From an uncultured Gammaproteobacteria bacterium (GTDB lineage Bacteria > Pseudomonadota > Gammaproteobacteria > GCA-001735895): a stretch of 64,000 nucleotides of DNA. The first letter of the stretch is position 1. The number at the start of each line of letters is the position of its first letter. The DNA lies in NCBI GenBank assembly GCA_913061315.1, contig CAJXUC010000001.1:72197-136196 (forward strand), read 5' to 3'. Made by a program: the position numbers and the translations under genes. The notes under the pieces were generated by a model that had not been told where the DNA came from, did no database searches, and saw nothing but the letters and a program-made list of their open reading frames with translations. Shown in pieces: positions 63,550 through 64,000 of this stretch.

Positions 63550-64000
63550 CTATTCCCAAGAGGCACTTCTCCACAAGTCCATGCTTTTCAGCGCAGTAAG
63601 ATGGGCGTTCCGATCTTTAAGCATAAAAGCATCGAAATCTGAGTAGAATTTTTCCATGGACATACCAAATAAATCTTCAAAACTATCTTTCCATCCTTGG
63701 CCTGGGTTTAGTTTGTCTTTTTCAGCATAGTTTATGTAGTAATCGACTATTAATTTTTTATAGTTAGCGTCATCAAGAGACCACAGGTAGACATGTGCCA
63801 TAAAGCCACCAGTATAGGCATATGCAAACTCTCTCGCTTCTCCATTGTTTGGGTTGTTTGATGATTCATAGAGCCCACCTTTATATTCATAATCTTTTAA
63901 AGAGACGGTGTCTCCCTTTCCAGCTGCCGTGTTAATAACGCTTCGTGCTTCGTCCATATGAGCAATCATTCCAGTCCTTTGATCAACGGTTTTGTCAAAC
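63550..64000 (-). CDS. Hypothetical protein, 3' part (frame open to the window edge)
   Basis: No stop between 63969 and 64000 in this frame; ends ...GWKDSFEDLFGMSMEKFYSDFDAFM..; function not recognised. Confidence 0.6.
   Translation of the reverse strand, partial: FDKTVDQRTGMIAHMDEARSVINTAAGKGDTVSLKDYEYKGGLYESSNNPNNGEAREFAYAYTGGFMAHVYLWSLDDANYKKLIVDYYINYAEKDKLNPGQGWKDSFEDLFGMSMEKFYSDFDAFMLKDRNAHLTALKSMDLWRSASWE

Overview
Chromosomal window from a moderately AT-rich bacterium, probably a marine gammaproteobacterium (inferred from gene content). Housekeeping genes: ubiA, pdxJ, prpR-prpB-prpC-acnD-prpF divergent from gltA-acnB, upp, polB, deaD. Catabolic modules: an IclR/GMC-oxidoreductase/TRAP locus resembling isethionate (iseR-iseJ) clusters, a CoA-dependent C5-dicarboxylate-like cluster, a pyrimidine locus and cuyA-cuyR. 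I found no rRNA, tRNA, CRISPR, integrase or transposase. Much of the DNA the ORF track leaves unexplained is decayed genes: a TRAP operon, MmgE/PrpD, hydA, preT/preA, an NCS1 permease and rutR. The most unusual structure is at 8.7-18.8 kb. Two mirror-image GMC/TRAP modules share a candidate operator (TGRKAC-N5-GTCTCA) and have decayed reciprocally, and diverged orphan 3' gene ends sit behind intact genes, suggesting repeated allele replacement by recombination. All family calls come from manual translation and recalled motifs; no database search was run.
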